DNA of 64,000 bases from Cyanidioschyzon merolae (taxonomy: Eukaryota). The notes under the pieces were generated by a model that did not search any database, was not told where the DNA came from, and saw only the letters and a program-made list of their open reading frames with translations. The stretch is from the NCBI GenBank assembly GCA_000091205.1, contig AP006487.2. The stretch is one strand, 5' to 3'. The position numbers and the translations under genes are program-made. Shown one piece after another: positions 30,301-43,781 of the stretch. The first letter of the stretch is position 1. Each line of letters opens with the position of its first letter.

Positions 30301-31397
30301 CGAGCAGGGAGCGAGCGCTTCTATGAAATGACAGTGAAAATGTCCGGGCGCACTCTCTGAACCAACAGGCATGCTGCTTTGGACGCAAGTCTGCTATGCT
30401 CCGGGCGGAGTGGAAATCTGAGCGTTCGCGGAAGTGGCGAGGTTCACACCTCGATCGACCGCTTGAGCGGTGTTTCTGGATTACGCAGCTAGCTTCATCG
30501 ACGCTGAACCAGAAACGATTGAGACCAGACGGGGCTGGCTCGGAGTGCCGTTCACGCATTCGCAGGGAAACTGTTTTGGAAATCGAGTGTGTTCTAGTGC
30601 TTGTCCCGGTTTTCCTCTCGCACCGGATGATCAGAAAAACGGCGGACAGTTAGCCGCTGTGCTCCTGGCACCTGAATTTCACGTGACCCATCCGGGTCTA
30701 TGAAAGCGTGCCCAACTCGGGTACTCGCGATCCTCCCATGCTGAGTACAGAGACGCGTATGCGCAGCTCATACGCGAACACGTCTGTTTGTGCCGACGTA
30801 TTTTCCCACATTTCCGCAAACATCTGCCTTCAACACGGAATGCGCGTGCGCACTATCAAACACCTTTTTTCGAGGCTCGAAACACAGATCAAATGTCGCC
30901 GCCTTTCACGCAGTCTTACGACGACCTCGTGGTTTCGTTCCTACTTTCGTTCGAACTGTCACGACAGGAATTTTACAATGGAAAAGATCCTATTTCCACA
31001 AAAAAGCGTTCCAAAGAGATGCTCGTAGGGTTCCGGCTTTGAACATTCCGTGAAATGGGCCAGCGGATACCTCATGGAGTTCGACGCTCTCGGCAAAATC
31101 CCGAGACATTCGCAAGCTCCGCAGCGGAGCGACACTGGTGAATTCGCTCCGCATCGCATTGCTGGACCTTGAGGATGACTCCATGAAACGCTGTGGTTGT
31201 CTCCATGGAGGCTCAGGCGTAGGAACTTTTGTTCTTTACGTGCCATCCTGCCCAATGAAGACACCACCAAAGATGTTCTGCGCTTCGCCCGCAGGAGCTG
31301 CGTGTATTCGTCAGCGCGCGACTCGCGCCCACTCGTCTCGCTTTCGATCGCTCGTTCAAGTAGTACGTACAACGGTTGCTTACTGAACGTTTTGAGT

Positions 31398-31611
31398 ATG
31401 GCGAGCACTTCGACCATGTCAGGCAGCCGACGGAAGGAATTTACTGATGAGGATCGGGAGGAGTTCCAAGAAGCATTCAACCTGTTCGATCGCGACGGTG
31501 ATGGCCTCATCTCAGCGAGCGAGCTTGGCTCAGTGCTTCGCTCGCTCGGACAGACTCCAACTGAGGCTGAGATCCAGGCTCTCATAGCCGAGGCGGACTC
31601 GGATGGTAAAG
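31398..31611 (+). CDS. Calmodulin-like EF-hand protein, exon 1 (EF-hands 1-2)
   Basis: ATG at 31398. ...[51 protein letters not shown]. The exon ends in phase 1 at a GTAAGT donor at 31612. Confidence 0.8.
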
Positions 31612-31761
31612 GTAAGTGTCAGGGTACAAGAGCGGTCTTCAAAGCAGACGGGATTTATTGACGCGTGTACGAGAAACCTTGCTTTTTTCCGTCAAGCAGA
31701 AACTAACCAAGGGGCCTGGTGGAGTTCAAAAAACCCATGTGTTCGTCCCTATGAACTGCAG

Positions 31762-32042
31762 GTTCTGTAAACTTTGAAGAGTTCCTCGCGCTAATGACAC
31801 AGCACGCGAAGGATCCAGCTGAGACTGAGGAGGCACTGAGACAAGCGTTTCGTGTGTTTGACCGCGACGGGGACGGCACCATCAGCACCAGTGACTTGCG
31901 CTACTTTATGGTTACTTTAGGTGAAAAGCTCTCCGAGGACGAGGCCGATGAAATGATCCGTATGCTCGATGAAGACGGCGATGGTCGCGTCCAATGGGAA
32001 GATTTTGCTCGGCTGCTTAAAAGCAGTGTCAATACTCAGTAA
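31762..32042 (+). CDS. Calmodulin-like EF-hand protein, exon 2 (EF-hands 2-4)
   Basis: The CAG acceptor ends at 31761. The splice restores GSVNFEEFLALMTQHAKDPAETEEALRQAFRVFDRDGDGTISTSDLRYFMVTLGEKLSEDEADEMIRMLDEDGDGRVQWEDFARLL. Intron 31612-31761 (150 nt) has ACTAAC about 45 nt upstream of the acceptor. Stop at 32040-32042. Confidence 0.8.
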
Positions 32043-35000
32043 TACCGAATCACGGAACACCATTATCGTACCCCAACTGCACATGAAAAGCCTTCCCTGT
32101 GTATGTGAAGCGCACGAATCATGCTGGATTGCTGCCGCGTGTCACACTAGTGCCATATCTCTTGGAAACGGATTCTTTCCATCGACATTCTTCAACGTTT
32201 CAGCACAACGCATGCACTGAGAACTAAACGATGCCCTCGCATGTTTGCCAGAAACAAAACTGCTAGAGGCTTCTGGTGCACGAGACATTTCCGGATTTCG
32301 ACCGAGGCGCTCGACTCTCGGTGCGGGAGTGCTTGTGTGCATTGTTGCGGGTGGAATCACGAAATCGTTGGCCGCTCACCTTTGACTGCGCCGCCATCGT
32401 ACGAGCGGTCATCTTAATCTGCACCATCTCGTGCATCCGGCTCTGCTTCATACTCTTCGTCTCTGCCAGTTTCAACGCGCACCAGTGCTCGTGATGCATC
32501 TATGTCGTCCTGAACGCATCGATCGGAGTCGAACACGACCGATGCCTGGTCTCGTTGTACGATCTCGTCGAGTGAGCAGGAATGTCGCGATTGCGCGCTG
32601 TGGAACGTCTAGCGCCACAGAGCACCAAAGAAACGACACGACTTGCAGTCATTTCATATTCCAGCTCATAAAAATGAATCGGGGAATGCACGTTTCTTGC
32701 GTTCGCTGGACGGCAACCGCTGGCGGCCCCAGCGCGAGTCATTCGAAGACTCACGTGCTCGCCAAGCGCACAAAGCATTCCGCTTTGCTCACTATGGTGA
32801 CCAGAGCAACGATACTGGTTTTGACGCGGTCATCCCAGTTGTTCGTATGCTTCCTGAGGTGCATCATGCCTGGCGCCGGGTCCAACCTAGCTTTCGAAAA
32901 GTTGAACGGATGCGTTCGCTTTCCGTTCGCGTTCTTCGACTGCGTCCTCTTGATTTAACGGGACGGCGACGGCCACGAAGCCCTTGAAACCGTGATAAAC
33001 GTTTATGACGACTTTTTTCTCTTTATATACCTTGAACGGCTGAAAATGAGTCTCGTTACCCGACACAGGCTTGGGTTTCAAAACAAAAGCTGGTTGATAT
33101 TCTCCATCGTCCTTCATCAGCTCTATGAGCCTCTGTCCATTCCGTCCCTGTAAACGGGGAATCTTCAGCAATATCCGCCAGTGCTCGTCGCAAACTTTTG
33201 CCCATGCTTTGTACTTGCTCACGAAGGACAACTCTTTCTTCTTCTCCTCTACTTGACCTGTTGGCATGCATGTGGTCACTATGCTCTATACCAGTCTTTT
33301 CTTCCAAGGGATCTAGACGCGCGAGGTGGATACCATGACAGGAACTCGCCCAACTTATTTATGTAAGAGTCGACTACACTTCAAGTACCTTTGGGCACCG
33401 TCTCCTCCGTGAGCAAGCCCATGTAAAGGAGCCGTCGCTCTGCTCCATCCAGCGGACGAGCAGAGAAGCAACAGTCATCCGGGGCTGGTTTGAGTTCGAG
33501 AACGACTGGTTGGAGAACAGATTCACATATACGAGACAAGCAACTAGTGATTCTTATGTGTGGAAGTGACTTATGGAAACGGAGACGACGCCTTCGACAG
33601 ACTGAACCATTCGAACGGGTTGGTAAGCAGAGCAACTCAACGCCGATTTCAACCGCGTGTTCCTCGACTGCTTCTGAGTGACGGATAGCGGCTCTGTCCA
33701 AGAGCAGGAGAAGGGAATTGCCGAACGAGATGCTCCAAGCATTGCGTCTCACGAAGCATGGGGTTTCAATGACCCTGTCCGTTTTACGAGCCGTTGGCGA
33801 CTCTACAAATGAATACCTATACGCGTTACGAATCTCGGAATGCTCGATTGTCTCTTCTCTATGACCAGTGATTTGCCCTTCTTGGAGATGCCATATACAC
33901 GTCCACTATTCTTCCTGAATAGGGTCTCACCGAATGAGACGAATACCCGCCTCTCGTGTAGTGAGCGTTCGTATTCCAGTGCGAGATCGATCGGGTGTGT
34001 GTTGTGAGGCACGCGACGGTCTCGCCTAGAAGTGTGCGTTCCTCTTTGTTCGTCCGTGTTTCTTCGTCACCGTTCGTATCAGCAGTATGGAAAGTTCATG
34101 TTGCGTGGGTTGTTTGATAGCCTTTCATGGACGACATAGAGGGTGGAAAAGATTGACGGGGCTAGGTTCGAGCTGATAGCGTTTGATCGACTTTGGTCTG
34201 GACGCACAACGTTCCGAATATTGTCTACGAGACGGGTGATTCGTCCACTTGCTGACCGTTGAATGACTGACTCAAAGTATGGTCGTTCTTCGCAGACTAA
34301 AATTCACAGCATCAAATCTTTCCGTGATGTTTCTCCAACCCACAAAACGCAATATGTTTGAGTACCTATGGAGCAAACAACCAAAAGGCAAAACAGTGCG
34401 TGCTGGTGCATGTGTGCCGAAAAATTCACTGCTCAGCCTGATACTGCGCTCTCGGCCAGGCACACGGACTGCAGCGCTCGATGACTCCGGCCTTTGGAAG
34501 ACGATGCGTATCACATGCAGACGACGCTGAGCATTTCGCGAACTGCTGCCCGCATGGGTCCTTTTCTAGTGGAACAGTTCATTTTCGAGCATGGCGAATA
34601 TAGCAGTTTTCTCTCTGAAAAAGTATCATGGCTTTTATGTCTATGATACAGCGGAACTGACCGACATCTGCGTCGCGGCTTAAATAAAACTGATTCAACG
34701 CTACTGTTGTTCCTGAAAAAGGCAACGCTACACCTACCTGCATTTTTTGTTTTCTTAGCGCCCGTGCGCGCCTGTATCCTCCATCTGAGCAACTGAGGCG
34801 GCGACCCTGTCCCGCGCGCGCAGGACTCGCCCGGTCTTACTCTAGAGCAGTTGCGCTTTCCAGTGCTACCACAAAAGCAGCACAACGGAGCGAAGGACAG
34901 CTGGCCGCTCTTCATTCTCTTATGCTACAACTCCTTCGTCCTCTCGATCGATTCGGATGCCGTGAGTCGGAAAATCAATTTGCAAATTCGTTGCCCGAGG

Positions 35001-36567
35001 GCGCCGCAAACTCTGCCCCTCGAGTGAGTCGAACACCGATGCTGTGAAACGTTACGTCCTCAACCGTTCTCCATGGGCACGCGCGCGGTTCGAACCAGCG
35101 TCTGGCGCGTTTGCTCGCGATGCCCGTTCTCCAGTAGGGCCAGCATTAGAAGACGCCACGACTAGACGGGCTCCAGACTCAAGCTTCTTGAGCGCTTACA
35201 TAAAGCCAGCGTGCACAGAGGCTCCGAGAAGCGTTGGCATCTCTCCATGGCGTTTGCGACGACGCATCCGGCCGTGCAGTAAGCGCCTGCGATCGTTCGG
35301 CGCATGGAGCATCTCCGGATTCATCATGCCAAGTTTCGAAGTCGAATGCTGCGCTGGATATCCCGAAGCGTCGAAGCATCCGTGGACTGACTGAGGCCTC
35401 TTCTCTTCCTCTTGAGATCGTCCACGAATACTGAACAGTATAGTTGTATCCGTCATTCCAACTAAGTCATGAGATGGATATTGCGCACCAGGAAAATAAG
35501 GGAAAAGTGCTCGTGGTCTACGCAACCAGCATACTGGAGTTGGGGTGCAGACGAAGCCCGCGGGCAGTATCTTTACAAACAGCACGGCGAACCAGCGACA
35601 TCCTTCCGAACGAATGAGCGCGGGTGCTTGTACACCACGGCGATGTTGAACGCTCTGCGCCCTGTTACAGACCCGCACCTGTTTCATGGAAGAGTACCTG
35701 GATCATACTCCTACTCACGCATGATTTTACGTATGTAGGATGTAACCTTATTTACACGAACAACGGGATACCGACTAAGCGATGATTATCTACATTTAGG
35801 AAAACCTTCCGCAGTTCGCACGAGATCTCCGAGGTCCACCTGCAACCAACATCCGCACCCCCATTCGAAGATCATAGCAGAATCAAGCTACCCTCCGGGT
35901 GTCGAGCTTGCCATAACCATCCTATAGGCTTTAAGCTCAATTGTATTCCATCTCCAGGTGAATGGAATCCGACGCTTTTTCGCGGTTTCTAGCAGAAGTG
36001 TTCGACGTGCGTCTATGATCAAAGAAAAAACTCCACGAGAGAGGCAAGGACATGGAAGCCGGGCATCATGGGAGGCCTTGATCGCCAGCTGCCGGACAAG
36101 GAAAGAGACATGCCCTTCTTGCCGACTATCGAGCGAAGAAGAGCAAGTAACGAAGAAGCACAGGGCAGGCAGGAATGCGTCTGCTGTTCATCGCGAAACA
36201 GCGTTCGATTACGCGCTCCCTGGGGTGGAACACAATTGGGGTGAAAGGTGGGAAAGCGCGACGTGTCGGTACGTTTCCGATAGCGGCGGCGGTGCGGTAA
36301 CGACGTGCCGCTGTGCGATGTACACGTGTACACGTCGCGAAACGGCTATCGTTTCCGTTCCGGGCGCGCGAAACAATACTTGTGTAGCTTCAGTTCGAAA
36401 GCTTGGAATGTTTGTATGCGCTTTTGAACATGATTGTTCCATCATGAAGTTATTAGCTCTAGCGGGTAAAATGTCTCTGTAGAGCTTTCGCTTGCCCGTG
36501 AAAAGCAACCCATTTGAAGCGGTTTGGTGCGAAGGCAGTAACGTTGAACTGACAGCCTTGGCGTGTC

Positions 36568-37605
36568 GTGTTCGTAAATCCTAGGAACACTGTTTCTGGA
36601 GAGGGAGACACCATGAGACCTCCAGTGACGTCACTTGTGATTCAAACGTGGAAGGATCAAGGTAGGCCGAAGCCGTGGAAGCAGACCAGTAGGCGTTCAA
36701 GCTCGCCGGACTCGACAGACTCAGACGGTGCTGCCTCGGATGAACGCGAACGGGACCATGTTGCTCTTCCGTCTAGGGCGGAACAAAACGTGTTTCAAAA
36801 CTCAGTCGATGCTTCTGACCCAGGGTTGAAGAGCAGTAGTACGACGCTGCTTGGTAGGGAGCCTTCGCGCTCTGGGGTCCTGGTCCGTGGCGACCTCAGA
36901 GCGCTCCGTTATGGAGCGCACCAGGTAATGGCTCCGAGCCTGGTGCGTTCCTATTCCGTGGATAGTGGTCTGAGTCTGTCCGTTCAGGCCAAACATGCCA
37001 ATATCCAATTTTTGCGGCACCACATGAGGAACTCTTTACATCGAGATGGATGCCTTCACGAGAGAATCCCGCATTTCTATTCCTCGAGTAATATTCACAA
37101 ATCGCGTTTGAATGGATTTTCGCATCCGCCCGTGTATCCAAAACAGCCTCCAAACCATCGCGTACAGCTGCATGGCGGCTGTGGACTTGATCCAAGAGCG
37201 CCGGAGCGGCTATCTCGTTCGATGTCGCATATGGAGGGACTCGTGATCACGGATTTGGTTTCCTCCTCAATGCCGCGCTCGCGCTCCATGGATTCCGAGT
37301 TAACGGTGAACGGAATGAGCTCATCTGTGAGGCACGTGGAACTTACGAGTTCGGCAGACCAGCACGTTGCCGCTGCGGATCGCGCAGCCTCTCCGGGCAT
37401 TGTCTGTCGAACTCTTACAGTGCGTCGGTCTCTAAGCATGGACGAGGGACTCGTAGCTGCGCTCAAAGACTTTGACCGCCGCGTGTGCCTGAATCGGCAG
37501 GTCATGAAGAAAAAGAGAATGAATTGTCTAGATTCCATTGCGGAGAGCCCAGTGTCTCCAGGCACCGAAGAACAGAAAAAAGTAGCTGTCGTAGATGCAT
37601 CATAG
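36568..37605 (+). CDS. Hypothetical Ser-rich protein with repeated R-S-x-S-M-D/E-x-x-L motifs
   Basis: 345-aa ORF with no recognisable domain. Motif copies RSMSHMEGLV, RSRSMDSELTV, RSLSMDEGLV. The antisense ORF 37095-37919 is judged a GC-driven artefact. Confidence 0.3.
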   Translation: MFVNPRNTVSGEGDTMRPPVTSLVIQTWKDQGRPKPWKQTSRRSSSPDSTDSDGAASDERERDHVALPSRAEQNVFQNSVDASDPGLKSSSTTLLGREPSRSGVLVRGDLRALRYGAHQVMAPSLVRSYSVDSGLSLSVQAKHANIQFLRHHMRNSLHRDGCLHERIPHFYSSSNIHKSRLNGFSHPPVYPKQPPNHRVQLHGGCGLDPRAPERLSRSMSHMEGLVITDLVSSSMPRSRSMDSELTVNGMSSSVRHVELTSSADQHVAAADRAASPGIVCRTLTVRRSLSMDEGLVAALKDFDRRVCLNRQVMKKKRMNCLDSIAESPVSPGTEEQKKVAVVDAS

Positions 37606-38908
37606 AGCATCATGGGCCGTCTTCGGATTTCTGGAGGCATCGGGGAAACAGGTTCGTCTCGGAATGAAAAATCACATAGCGTAAATTTATATCGTACTAT
37701 GGCAAAGCTTACCCCTTTCAGAAGAACCGCAGTCAGCGCAAAAGGCGCGCTACTTGCGAACGCCCAGCAGACTTTCAAGTTACCCTGGGCACACGCGTAC
37801 TGCGCTGGAGCTATTTTGCACAGTTTTCGTAAAGGATGTTTTACTGGAGTGTAAGACCGTTTACAAGGGCCAGCGATTCCCGATTGCGAGAATGATATCG
37901 GCACCGGGGAGAGCGTCACAAAAGGTTGCGCAGATCTAACGGCGTACTTCTCGGCTGCTGTGTGATCACAGCTTGGTCCAGGTAAGCTTGTTCTTCAGGT
38001 AGTGTCCTCGAAAGAGAGCTCTCGTTCCGAACTCGGAAAAGAAACAGTTTCTGTCAAGCACTGATTACCGTGATCGACGAATGCACCTGCCCCTGTCGCT
38101 TCACGCACCTCCAGGTTGTCTGTTCGCTGCCAGATGTGCGCCTTCATGGCAGTCTCAGAAACAGACAGACCTCCTTGGGGCAGGCTTCCGAGCAGCGCTC
38201 GCCAACGCCTGTCCTGTTGCCTGTCTCCGAATCGAGCCGAAACGCCGAAAGCCAAACGAGGCTCGCCTTCGAAACGCACAGGATTACGCCCGTACATCAT
38301 GCTTGTCAAGATCTGCCGCAACCTACACACAGACACCAGAAAGTTTTCCGCTTCGTGACGCCGCGAGTTGCGCGTTTGTCAACACCCCGACCCGAACGAA
38401 CCCGTTCCACACTGCGCACCTGAACAAGTCACCCGAAATCTGTTAAGCGTTGAACGAGCGTGCAGCAACCGGCACATACAACTCTCCTGCTGGTCTTGCA
38501 AACCGAAATGCAACGACCATAAAGCCGTCCAAACCAAGGAGCTGCGCGCACCACAGTTAAACTCCTCTACCGAACCTTCTAGGCTGTCCTGCTGCCAGTC
38601 GTGTTTTCCAGTTATTCCTCAGAACTCAAGTTACGTAGCTCTTACTCTACAAGATGCACATGCAAACGCACATGCTTTTATCGATTGGGGCCCTGATCGG
38701 CGACAACTGCGAGCAGGGTCACCACAAAGTGCTTGGCCCGACAATCTGGTCCAGTACCCGAACAACTGCAGGAGCGGAGGTGCGCAGGCGCGGCCGCCGC
38801 GATGGGGAGCTCATACTGCACTGGTAGCTGAAAGCTGTCCGCTTCCGCTTCCCTTGCTTTTTGTCGCTCCGGGGTGGCGTTAGCCAAGAGACTAGTTTAC
38901 GCTACACT

Positions 38909-40582
38909 ATGCACACAAACCTAGTTTTGTGGAGCGTTTGGCAGGATAGACCTCGGTTTGGCTTTAGAAGCGCCGCGAATTTTACTGGGAAAGTCGAGTT
39001 CGTACCGAAACGGAGAGTCTGCAAACAGGTTACAATGCAGCGACGCGGTTCCAGCTCCAGATCCCATGGGCGCCTCCGATGTGCCGAGAATGATCTTGCG
39101 TGGTATGCACGGGCACGGACAGTCTTTTACAACACACTGAGTAGGCGCAAGGAGCCTTTCGAGACGAGCTCGGCGGACGGCGTCGTTCGCTTCTACTCGT
39201 GCGGACCGACAGTTTACGACTATGCGCACATTGGCAACTTTCGTGCCTTTCTCACATATGATCTCGTCAAGCGCTGGCTAATGTTTTGTGGGTACAAGGT
39301 ACGTCATGTCATGAATATAACAGATGTCGACGACAAAATCATCCAGAGGTCTCAGCGGGAACAGCGTCGCGCGGAGGATATCACTCGACAATTCGCTGCG
39401 GAATTTTTCCAGGATCTCAAGGCCCTCAACATCATTCCAGCAGATGCGTATCCCTGTGCAACAGCGCACATTGATGATATGGCTGATCTGGTGAGGGAGC
39501 TCCTTTCGCGAGGCTTCGCATACAAACTAGGCGACTCTGTGTACTATTCGGTTGAGAGATTTGCCCGATACGGCACGCTGGCGCGAATAAATTTTGAGAG
39601 CTTGTTGTCTTCAAACGGTGAAGAAGAGGATGCAGGCCCACACACTGCTTTGAAACGAGATCCACGAGATTTTGTTCTCTGGAAAGGTCACAAGCCGGAT
39701 GACGGTGATGTCAAATGGGATACGCCTATTGGGTGCGGTCGGCCCGGCTGGCACACGGAATGTGCAGCAATGGCAATGAAGTATCTAGGCTCGAGCGTCG
39801 ATATCCATGCCGGAGGCTCAGATCTGGTGTTTCCGCATCATGAAAACGAAATCGCACAATGCGAAGCGGTAACCGGAACGATGTTCGCTCGATTCTGGAT
39901 CCATAACGGATTCGTGAATATCAATGGGGAGAAAATGAGCAAGAGCCTGGGGAACTATATCACTTTGCGTGATCTGGTCCGCGATCCGCTGGATGCTCGT
40001 GCGTTCCGCTACGCCGTTATCACATCCTTGTACCGAATGCCGCTGAATTTCACTGACGATACTCTGGGAGCAGCGGCAACGACACTTCGCCGACTGGATC
40101 TGTTCCGAAAGAGCATCATTGACTTGGAACGATCAGAAGCAAGCACACCGGGTCAAAAGGCTGATCAAGGACTGCGAGCGAGCTGTGAAGCATACCTGCG
40201 TGATTTTTGCGACCACATGGCGGATGATCTGAACACAGCTCGTGCTGCAGCGGTGATCTTCGAAGCGCTGCGGCATTTCGAAGCGCTCCGCCGCGATGCG
40301 CGATTACGCCCCGCAGACGCGAGTCTGATTCTCGGAATGCTTCGTGAAATGGACCGCGTTTTTGGTGTATTCTACGAACCGGAGCTCGCGCATTTGTCTG
40401 AAACCAGTGAACCAAGTTCGACCGGAATCCCACCCGAAGTCCTCGAACTTGCGCGACTTCGAGCAGATGCCCGTGCCCGAAGGGATTTTGCTATGGCAGA
40501 CAAGTTGAGGGAACAGTTGAGATTGTATGGCTTTGCGGTGCGAGATACCGCTCAAGGCCCCGAAATCACAAGACTCTCTTAA
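38909..40582 (+). CDS. Cysteine--tRNA ligase (cysteinyl-tRNA synthetase, class I)
   Basis: [13 protein letters not shown] (HIGH-type motif), ...[11 protein letters not shown]..., KMSKSLGN (KMSKS motif), and a CysRS-like anticodon-binding C-terminus. First in-frame ATG is at 38909. An N-terminal extension of ~70 aa may be a targeting sequence, or the true start may be the ATG at 39035. Confidence 0.88.
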   Translation: MHTNLVLWSVWQDRPRFGFRSAANFTGKVEFVPKRRVCKQVTMQRRGSSSRSHGRLRCAENDLAWYARARTVFYNTLSRRKEPFETSSADGVVRFYSCGPTVYDYAHIGNFRAFLTYDLVKRWLMFCGYKVRHVMNITDVDDKIIQRSQREQRRAEDITRQFAAEFFQDLKALNIIPADAYPCATAHIDDMADLVRELLSRGFAYKLGDSVYYSVERFARYGTLARINFESLLSSNGEEEDAGPHTALKRDPRDFVLWKGHKPDDGDVKWDTPIGCGRPGWHTECAAMAMKYLGSSVDIHAGGSDLVFPHHENEIAQCEAVTGTMFARFWIHNGFVNINGEKMSKSLGNYITLRDLVRDPLDARAFRYAVITSLYRMPLNFTDDTLGAAATTLRRLDLFRKSIIDLERSEASTPGQKADQGLRASCEAYLRDFCDHMADDLNTARAAAVIFEALRHFEALRRDARLRPADASLILGMLREMDRVFGVFYEPELAHLSETSEPSSTGIPPEVLELARLRADARARRDFAMADKLREQLRLYGFAVRDTAQGPEITRLS

Positions 40583-41114
40583 AAGCTGTCCGGTCGAGAT
40601 ACGCTCTATTGAAAGAATCGGATCGCTGGAGTTTCTGAAGGAGCCGCGCACCCGCGCCCATCAATGGAGCTCAACCAGCTACCGCGACGTACTGGAGGTG
40701 CCGCGAGCCTTCGCTTCGGCGAGAATACACGCTTCATCATGAAACTGAGACGAGATCATCGTTATCCGGGCTCATTCAAGGCGCGAAATTTCGCAAGTCC
40801 GCTGCTTGGGATTTTCCGCAACGAGAGCGCATTGTCGCTCGTGGAGGCACTCGCATGGCCGCAGCGGAACCTAGCGCGAACCCGTTGCAACCGGACATCT
40901 AAATTGTCCAGCTAGGGGAAACTTTGTTTCAAGGTTGATGAAGCTTGAAGAACCGAAGAAGACACGATGCTGAGACCCCGAATATCCTGCTGTTTTCGAC
41001 CATGCAGCGGAGCCCGGATAGGGTCATCGGCGCTTCTTGCTAATCTTTTGGCAACCACTGATGCCATGCACTGAAAGCGAATGCCAATTGTGGTTCAACG
41101 CTACGCCAATGTGT

Positions 41115-42300
41115 CAGATTAACATGGAACACTGAACTGCATGATCTGTGGCTGCATTTCGATTTTTTACGAAGCTTTTTAAGATGTCTAGCCTCGATAT
41201 CCGGAGTGCAGTGATGCGGGCTCACGGTTCCATGCATAGATTCAGGATTCTCGGTAGTGTTTTCGGAGTGACTCCCTCCGCTCTTTGAAGCTGGAATTCG
41301 GTACTTTATCGGAATTAAGATGATTCGTGACGCCATCGATCAGCGGTTCATAGAATAACAGATGCCAATATCGAGTCTATACGTACGAGCGTCCACGCTT
41401 CCCCTTTCGTTACGTGTAGCGTGCCCAGGTCACGCATGCTTCAAGTCTTCGATCGCTCGGTTTCACGGCAACTCATGGGCGCAGCGATCCGTGCCGTTCA
41501 ACAGACGATGTGGAAGATTCGCCTTAGTCAGTTGACGACCTGTTCAGAAGCTCATGCCGGGAGTTCCCTGGACTTTTCGCACCAAATGATGAAAGGACTG
41601 TTCGGAAAACGAATCCTATGCTCTCTGTGGATATCCACGCAGAGGCATCCCATTGCAGCACGATACCTCCCGCATGATACGCTCCATGCGGCTCCACAGT
41701 CTTCCGTCTACATCGGAAGGGGTCTTGGAGTCGGGCTCGAGCCATTGCTGCGATCGTTTCGAATAGTGCATATGTCACCGGAGTGCACTAGCGGAGCGTT
41801 GAAGGATAGAAACTTCTCGTCCTCTTCTCTGTCCTGGATTCTCCTAGTGGTACTTGTTTCATCATGGTCGACATCGCGTTCCACAAAGACTCGATCGAAC
41901 GTGACGCAGAGCGCTTTCGAGTGCAGCGTCCAGACTGCTCGCTGAGGGCATCGACCCAAAGAAACCCGTGATCATCGGATACGACACGAGGCGCAGAAAC
42001 AAAGCATGGCATCAAGGCGAGCCACCTGTACCCGGACTGGGCATGTACCGAGCGTTACAGCAAGTGCTCAAGCGCCGCAGTAAAGTCCCCATAGGAGGAG
42101 TCTGGGTATTATTTCGTAACACTTGACCGCAGCCAAGTGTTACCGGCGCGAAGGGCTCGCCGCAGCTGTGGAGAAGTAAGATGAGCATGGCAAGCGAACC
42201 GTTGATCGCCCTTGCATCTTTGCACGGAATACGTCGATGACAGCCTGAGGCAGTGAAATCGGGACTCAGACGCCGCCACCAACAGTGCTCAACTCCAAAC
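41115..42300. repeat. Repeat family B, copy B1 (~1.2 kb). It is one arm of an inverted pair with 51080-52268.
   Basis: Near-identical to the reverse complement of 51080-52268 (174-aa ORF identical except 2 residues; 98/112-aa ORFs identical for the first ~70 residues). Boundaries found where the two alignments break down (~41115 vs ~52268; ~42300 vs ~51080). Confidence 0.7.
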
Positions 42301-42488
42301 CATGGAGCTGGCTGGAGAGAAGCGAACTAGGTATTAAAAGCCATCGATAAGACAAAGGAGAAGCAAGCATTTGTAGAAAAATTCCGCAGAGCTGGTTTTG
42401 ATGACTATGGTAAGAGACGCAAACTTAAGTTTATACTCTCGACTGATGCAAAAACCTGCGTTTTATTCTGAAAGGGGCATGCTCCTCG

Positions 42489-43781
42489 ATGGCTAGCGAT
42501 ATCCGCAGAGGTTGCACGGAGTGCAAGCGCTATCCCGCGCGCCAAAATCCAAGAACGTTTTCGTGCGCGCCCCGGCTGTTGCCAGCTTCAACAGTGAGCT
42601 CAATGGACGCAGGAAAACAGCCGCTCTTTGCTAAAGTTCGGCTTTGGGCAGAGAAGGGCACCCCCGGCGAGGTGCTCCTGCTATGGAAGAAGCACGGTGG
42701 CAAAGTCGTGGAAAAGCCGGAGCAAGCTATGGTTTTGATCTCGGACAACGAACAGGCGCCAACAACTTTGGAAATCCTCACAAAGCGATACACAAAGTTT
42801 CCCAACGGAGCACATAAGCCCGTATGGTCAAGCGACATTGTGCAATATTGGATCGAAGAGGGCGCCCTTGTCACGAATCCAGCGGTGACAAAAGTGTACC
42901 TTCGGAAACCACCGCCGGAGCTCTCTTTCGACCTACTCGAGCTCTCGGACGCAGAGAACAGTCTCGATGGCTTCTTTCAAACAGAGGACGCCCAATCCAA
43001 GGGCAGCTCCTCCGACGAGGATCACTCTGGATCTCCTGCACCAGAGCTCGGCAGCGAAAAGAGCCGCGGTGCAGTCCCAAGAATACGTATCCGAGGCGGG
43101 CGTGGCGCTGACGGACATGAGCGACAAATAGAAACCGCTCCTCGCGCCGGTAGACGTTCACGCCGTCTGGCCAGTGGTCCGTTGTGGATGTCACCCAAGC
43201 CAGAGCACAGAACTGACGCCTCTACTGCACCTCGAAAACCACCGAAGCACATGACACGGCCACTTAGTATGCCAGAGCTCAAACATGTCCATCGCCGCAA
43301 CGTCCTCTGCAGGGTATGCAACCCAAATGGTGTCAAAATACGGAAGCCCCGTTCACCAGATGCCCACTATCATCGGCGTGGCGTAGCCTGCCCCGCATGT
43401 GTCGTCCAGAGGCAAAGTAGGTCGGCTCGCGACAAGAGCAAAAATGGATCGAAATTCTTGCCCAAGCAGGGAGCACCCATGGAAGCGGTTTCAATGCACA
43501 GCAATTCGAAACCTGGAACCAACAAAGTTGAAGTCGCTTCAAGAAACCTGACAAATGCCCCTATCGCCACGAAAAACGGCAGAGAGAACCCGAAACGCAT
43601 GGCCTATACCAGCGGTTCAAAACCTCGAAAGGCCGACTCTGACAGTGGCGGCGCACTTTCCGCAATAGAAACTCTTCAGGAGCTCCGCAGTAGGTACGCC
43701 AAGTACATCGAGTTCGGAGCGGGTATCTCACGGATTGTAATAGGCCGCGATGGATTCGCGCTTCGCATCCAAGATGCATGA
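42489..43781 (+). CDS. BRCT-domain protein with a basic, low-complexity C-terminal tail
   Basis: PLFAKVRLWAEKGTPGEVLLLWKKHGGKVVEKPEQAMVLISDNEQ...KPVWSSDIVQYWIEEGALV fits the BRCT fold pattern, including the conserved W and hydrophobic positions. First ATG probably at 42603 (MDAGKQPLF). The ORF track start is upstream. Confidence 0.45.
   Translation: MASDIRRGCTECKRYPARQNPRTFSCAPRLLPASTVSSMDAGKQPLFAKVRLWAEKGTPGEVLLLWKKHGGKVVEKPEQAMVLISDNEQAPTTLEILTKRYTKFPNGAHKPVWSSDIVQYWIEEGALVTNPAVTKVYLRKPPPELSFDLLELSDAENSLDGFFQTEDAQSKGSSSDEDHSGSPAPELGSEKSRGAVPRIRIRGGRGADGHERQIETAPRAGRRSRRLASGPLWMSPKPEHRTDASTAPRKPPKHMTRPLSMPELKHVHRRNVLCRVCNPNGVKIRKPRSPDAHYHRRGVACPACVVQRQSRSARDKSKNGSKFLPKQGAPMEAVSMHSNSKPGTNKVEVASRNLTNAPIATKNGRENPKRMAYTSGSKPRKADSDSGGALSAIETLQELRSRYAKYIEFGAGISRIVIGRDGFALRIQDA

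Noticed and set aside
32887-33279. 130-aa minus-strand ORF (KELSFVSKYKAWAKV...VYKEKKVVINVYHGFKGFVAVAVPLN) as a possible small conserved protein
   Set aside because: I could not match it to any family I know. Length and composition are within what chance ORFs reach at this GC content. Left unannotated.
35080-35110. ggttcgaacc motif that looks like a tRNA T-arm
   Set aside because: Surrounding sequence cannot be folded into acceptor, D and anticodon stems. Only the tRNA-Gly at 50681-50751 gives a full cloverleaf.
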